In this document: piece by piece, positions 36,492 to 37,822 of the stretch | How the letters are laid out: every line of letters begins with the position of its first letter | How positions within the stretch are numbered: the stretch's first letter is position 1 | Assembly: GCF_001194135.2 (NCBI RefSeq) | Contig: NC_068992.1 | Span: forward strand, 61,286,518-61,324,339 | Source: Octopus bimaculoides | Lineage: Eukaryota | DNA: 37,822 nucleotides | Direction of reading: 5' to 3' | The notes under the pieces: generated by a model | Seen by the model: only the letters and a program-made list of their open reading frames with translations | Told to the model about the DNA's origin: nothing | Databases searched by the model: none | Made by a program: the position numbers and the translations under genes

Positions 36492-37220
36492 TCTTGAGAG
36501 GGTTGTTATATAAATAAAAAACATGTGTGCTGGTTCTTTCACTCCTTTCACCATCATTAGCCCACTAGGCACAAGCATTGCTGTGTGATTAAGAAGCTCA
36601 CTTGGCAATCACATAGTTTCAGTTTTAGTGTCACTGCACAGCACCTTGGGTAAGAGTCTTCTACTATAGCTCTAGGCCAACCAATGTTTTGTGTGCTAAT
36701 TTGGTAGACAGAAACTGTGTGGAAGTTCATTATGTGTGTGTGTATGTGTATATTTGTTCTTCTTTTTCCATCACTTGAAAACAGTTGCCAGCTTGTTTAC
36801 ATCCCTGCAACCAAGCAGTTTCGGAAAAGGGACTTATAGAATAAGTAGCAGACTTCAAAAAATAAGTACTGGAGTTGATTTATTTGACTAAAACTTTTCA
36901 AGGTGGAGGCCCCAGCATGGCCACAGTCCAATGACTGAAACCAGTGAAAGATAAAAAAGAAAAAGTAGTTAATCATTTGAGAAATCAACTAATCAGTTTC
37001 CTGATTGATTATTCAGTTAATCAATCTATCAATCAGGTTTGCCAAAATGCTTTCATCTTTACAATTTCACATCAAGAATTTTGCAAACCAAATACCAAAA
37101 TGAAAGATTTGAATTGTTTTATCCATTATGTTCTATATCCATTTCAGAAATGTTGGTTTTGCTCTTGCAAGCATTGCATCGCGTCTTGGTCAAATAATTG
37201 CTCCTTTTGTTAGATTTCTG
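17520..37220 (+). CDS. SLC22-family (organic cation/anion/zwitterion transporter, MFS) gene, 3'-incomplete: join(17520..17664,20520..20713,21302..21532,22895..23097,24660..25052,30522..30656,33493..33578,35116..35233,37148..37220)
   Basis: Hand-spliced: 1578 nt = 526 codons with no stop, all eight introns GT..AG, phases 1,0,0,2,2,1,2 plus 2 all compatible. SLC22 hallmarks in order: DFDEI..G.YGRYQ N-terminus, Cys-containing loop ending WDLVC, motif A ADRYGRK, ELFP..R, ESLRW (PESPRW equivalent), YYGL, ELFPT.VR, SRLG.I.APF. The orthologue cannot be assigned, so no symbol is given. Confidence 0.95.
17712..17930 (-). mobile_element. 3' half of a family B SINE near the start of intron 1
   Basis: Matches 18921-19110 (CATCCTGGGGCACCACC, AACATAAACAAACCAGCACCAGTT..CAAG). 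Confidence 0.65.
18041..18300 (-). mobile_element. Repeat family D (probable RTE 3' end with (GAT)n tail)
   Basis: CATCATCATTTAATGTC..ATGCTGGCATGGGTTGGA...TGCCCTTCCTAATGCCA, shared with 23494, 25861 and 36159. Confidence 0.75.
18796..18874. repeat. Short hairpin with a perfect 21-bp stem
   Basis: 18800-18820 GGATCCCATGTTAACTTGCAG and 18851-18871 CTGCAAGTTAACATGGGATCC are exact reverse complements. Confidence 0.95.
18921..19268 (-). mobile_element. Family B SINE with internal (CA)n, 5' truncated
   Basis: CTTTTACTTGTTT..GCGGCCATGCTGGAGCACCGCC...ACGACAAGCTTCTTTCAGTTTCCATCTACCAAATCCACTCAC. Confidence 0.85.
19400..20060 (+). mobile_element. Penelope-like element reverse transcriptase remnant in intron 1
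   Basis: Broken frames give FDISMAFVDSTEI (cf. FDVTMGS.DGAE), LDIGLYKDDGL, RLNEFKEDLISLF, HQPYNKPNEKLLYIN, SKRI and KVTWF, in PLE order. Confidence 0.72.
20520..20713 (+). CDS. SLC22-like exon 2, extracellular loop (HDIPFTCRSLPNDS...CPNGYEYEHEKHYSVRSQ)
   Basis: Pyrimidine tract plus AG at 20518-20519, donor CAG|GTAAGA. Three Cys and the C.NGY.Y pattern precede WDLVC in the next exon. Confidence 0.93.
21302..21532 (+). CDS. SLC22-like exon 3 (WDLVC...ADRYGRKP...KGLTGFFQP, TM2-TM4)
   Basis: Strong T-rich acceptor TTTTCCAG, donor GTGAGT, 231 nt, MFS motif A. Confidence 0.97.
22895..23097 (+). CDS. SLC22-like exon 4 (GVSIPGSVLLLELFPAECR...GWHCLNALVALSSCGFLFHV, TM4-TM6)
   Basis: AG at 22893-22894, donor TG|GTAAGT, EL..P..R motif and W at the start of TM6. 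Confidence 0.93.
23281..23493 (-). mobile_element. Mariner-derived MITE, 213 bp, in intron 4
   Basis: Imperfect ~30-bp TIRs (TATGAGGGCATGCTGAATAGTTCCTGGCTTT and AAAGCCAAGAACCTTTTAGCACTCCTTGTA) with TA at both ends. Confidence 0.82.
23494..23770 (+). mobile_element. Repeat family D copy abutting a mariner MITE
   Basis: Starts with codons for NAVLEK, then GAAAGGGCATCCAGCTGTAGAAAC...CCAGCATGGA, ends ATGATGAT. Confidence 0.78.
24422..24622 (-). mobile_element. Antisense family A SINE just upstream of the exon 5 acceptor
   Basis: The reverse complement reads GGTAGAATTGTTAGAGCATCAGACAAAATGC...GTTCAAATCCC..AAGTTAACTTTGCCTTTCATC...GATAAAATAAAGTAC. Confidence 0.8.
24660..25052 (+). CDS. SLC22-like exon 5 (TLHESLRW...RKILSIMFCL, central cytoplasmic loop and start of TM7)
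   Basis: Acceptor TTTTGCCTGCCAG, donor TT|GTAAGT, 393 nt, ESLRW motif, lies within ORF-track ORF 24559..25056. Confidence 0.93.
25530..25720 (+). mobile_element. SINE family C copy in intron 5
   Basis: GAGAGCACATGGCCAAGTGG, GGTTTGATTCC (B box), GTGCCCTCGAACAA. Confidence 0.6.
25861..26055 (+). mobile_element. Repeat family D copy
   Basis: AAAGGGCACCTAACTGTAAAAA...CATGCCAGCATAGAAAGCAGACGTTAAAC, running into a gap. Confidence 0.72.
26815..26912. repeat. (TCTA)n followed by (TG)n
   Basis: Direct reading. Confidence 0.95.
27066..27262 (+). mobile_element. Second copy of the same mariner MITE, opposite orientation, in intron 5
   Basis: Left TIR TGAGGGTATGCTGAAAAGTTCTTGG. The interior aligns by eye to the reverse complement of 23281-23493 and encodes KLKNHCNKCVNMRGDYVE*, like a mariner C-terminus. 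The right TIR is eroded. Confidence 0.78.
27955..28384. repeat. Foldback palindrome: ~204-bp arms (27955-28158 and 28181-28384), 22-nt spacer, flanked by (TA)n
   Basis: The right arm is the reverse complement of the left arm, e.g. ACACATCTGTGACCTCTTCAGTGACACTTTTCG and CGAAAAGTGTCACTGAAGAGGTCACAGATGTGT. Confidence 0.95.
29023..29218 (-). mobile_element. Family B SINE 5' half with duplicated head; the 3' half probably lies in the N gap
   Basis: ACGACGGGCTTCTTTCAGTTTCCGTCTACC...GGACTGAACCC...ACCACACAGCCACTCCT, with the last 33 nt present twice. Confidence 0.87.
29250..29475. repeat. Compound (CA)n/(AGAT)n/(ACAT)n tract with three 16-bp units GACAGATAGTTAGATG
   Basis: Direct reading. The 16-mers lie at 29312-29359. 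Confidence 0.9.
29479..30362 (-). mobile_element. Internally deleted Tc1/mariner transposon of the DD37D (maT) type
   Basis: The minus strand gives KHPVNIMVF..., GRPYVWQQDSAPCH-(37 aa between Asp residues)-WPPNSPDSNPLDYYVWG, with one frameshift and one stop. Degenerate TIRs: ACAGGTTGCAGTGAATAAATTGTCA on the left, TAACAATTTACCCATCACATCCTGTA on the right. Confidence 0.85.
30522..30656 (+). CDS. SLC22-like exon 6 (FVSSLTYYGL...LSGNRFLNFFITALFET..., TM7-TM8)
   Basis: Pyrimidine tract plus TAG, donor AG|GTAAGA, YYGL and L.GN.FLNF motifs. Confidence 0.96.
31205..31360 (+). mobile_element. Partial SINE family C copy in intron 6
   Basis: TTGAGCAAGACACTTCACCTCATGTTGCTC, then GTGCACCTGT as in the 14850 copy. 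Confidence 0.55.
31775..32677 (+). mobile_element. RTE-clade LINE internal fragment (linker and N-terminal RT subdomains), cut by N gaps on both sides
   Basis: WWWNN..DRAI..KK.AWK.WK linker, then KAIKSMKTGKAAGP.GI.AEMLK, P.DW..S.I...YKGKGD.L..NNYRGIKLL, QFGF.PGKSTTDAIF.VRQLQEKY. In-frame stops at about 32076 and 32176. Confidence 0.93.
33493..33578 (+). CDS. SLC22-like exon 7 (FPRKSCCMGCLSFTAIVLIIAVLLRTFS, TM9)
   Basis: Acceptor TTTCTTACAG, donor G|GTAAGA, phases 2 and 1 fit the neighbouring exons, hydrophobic helix. Confidence 0.9.
33636..33800 (+). mobile_element. Old partial family A SINE in intron 7
   Basis: AAGTTCAAATACTGCTAGAGGTCAACTTTGCCTTTCATCC followed by a decayed tail. Confidence 0.6.
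34216..34623 (+). mobile_element. Family B SINE, sense, in intron 7
   Basis: GACACCTGGGGCAGGTGTCTTCCACTATAGCC, (GT)n core, tail CAAGTAAAAGATA. Confidence 0.8.
34644..34930 (+). repeat. Minisatellite of 43/44-bp units alternating A/B (about 6.5 units)
   Basis: Units start at 34644, 34687, 34731, 34774, 34818, 34861 and 34904. Consensus ATTTTTGACAG-[TTCCTAC or GTACTGCAC]-...CAAATAAACTCCATC. Confidence 0.9.
35116..35233 (+). CDS. SLC22-like exon 8 (SDIALMAS...LGTFGISAAF...YVAELFPTDV, TM10)
   Basis: Acceptor TTTCTTTCAG, donor AG|GTAAAT, canonical Y.AELFPT..R motif. Confidence 0.97.
36159..36460 (-). mobile_element. Young repeat family D copy (CpGs retained)
   Basis: CATCATCGTTTAACGTCCGCTTTCCATGCTAGCATGGGTTGGACG...GCTGGATGCCCTTCCTAATGCCAACC. 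Confidence 0.82.
36567..36960 (+). mobile_element. Family B SINE, sense, in intron 8
   Basis: GGCACAAGCATTGCTGTGTG head, CACCTTGGGTAAGAGTCTTCTACTATAGC, tail CATGGCCACAGTCCAATGACTGAAAC. Confidence 0.8.
37148..37220 (+). CDS. SLC22-like exon 9 (NVGFALASIASRLGQIIAPFVRFL, TM11)
   Basis: Acceptor ATTTCAG, donor CTG|GTAAGC, completes R-N.G...S..SR.G.I.APF. Confidence 0.95.
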
Positions 37221-37364
37221 GTAAGCTTTCCCTTTATTTGTTCCCCAACAACAACTAGTTATCTAAATTGTAATTTATATGTATAAATGCTAAACATTAA
37301 CCTTATGAATACTGTTATTATTAACAACTATTCTATCACAATTTCTACATTTTAAGTACATCAG

Positions 37365-37530
37365 TGGGCACAGGAATGTTGGTTAACTACTGCCCAGATA
37401 TAAGGACAAGCTGAAGAGTAACATCTCAGCAGTCAATATAGCTCACAACACACTGAGTAAACAGCCATGGAGCAAACAAAATGAAGATTGTCATGTCAAA
37501 ATGGTATAAGAGACTTTGTTTCAACCAACA
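37365..37530 (+). mobile_element. Decayed RTE-like 3' coding remnant
   Basis: HRNVG*LLPRYKDKLKSN resembles the R..GRP..RYKD.LK RTE C-terminal motif. Confidence 0.5.
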
Positions 37531-37612
37531 TTAACAGGCTAAGGGGTGCAAAACAAAGGAGAAAAGTGGCTGGAAACATACCATCTACAATTACCTATAA
37601 TCATCGTACTCT

Positions 37613-37654
<42 letters not shown>

Positions 37655-37822
37655 TAATATATGAATGACAAAAGAATAGAGATATCAAATCTCTATTATT
37701 ATTTTATATGTAAGTAAGCATGCAAGCAGAGCCTTGTTGTGTTGTATGTGTGCCTGGATGCACTCGACTATAAACATACATACATACATACACATATACA
37801 TACATACATACATATATATATA

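Noticed and set aside
37214-37220. Apparent 7-nt microexon (TTAG|ATTTCTG|GTAAG)
   Set aside because: It is the 3' end of the 73-nt exon 9, and 7 nt would break the frame.

Overview
Eukaryotic, AT-rich, microsatellite-dense scaffold sequence with seven N gaps. The repeat families and the (TA)n/(CA)n density look like a coleoid cephalopod such as Octopus; that is inference from recall, not a database match. One protein-coding gene can be rebuilt by hand: a + strand SLC22-family (organic ion transporter, MFS fold) gene. It has nine coding exons between 17520 and 37220, all joined by GT-AG introns with consistent phase, giving 526 stop-free codons (TM1-TM11). TM12 and the C-terminus lie beyond the window. 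The ORF track shows only pieces of exons 3, 4 and 5. The rest of the window is transposon debris: head-to-tail arrays of a tRNA-headed SINE, two other SINE families, RTE LINE fragments, a Penelope-like RT remnant, a DD37D (maT) transposon remnant, mariner MITEs and a 430-bp foldback palindrome. The most interesting points are the transporter's altered motifs and long acidic loop, a frame-symmetric exon 5 flanked by inverted MITEs, a perfect 21-bp hairpin in intron 1 and an alternating 43/44-bp minisatellite of acceptor-like units. No prokaryotic-type system (CRISPR, operon) is present, and I cannot show a new biological system from sequence alone.
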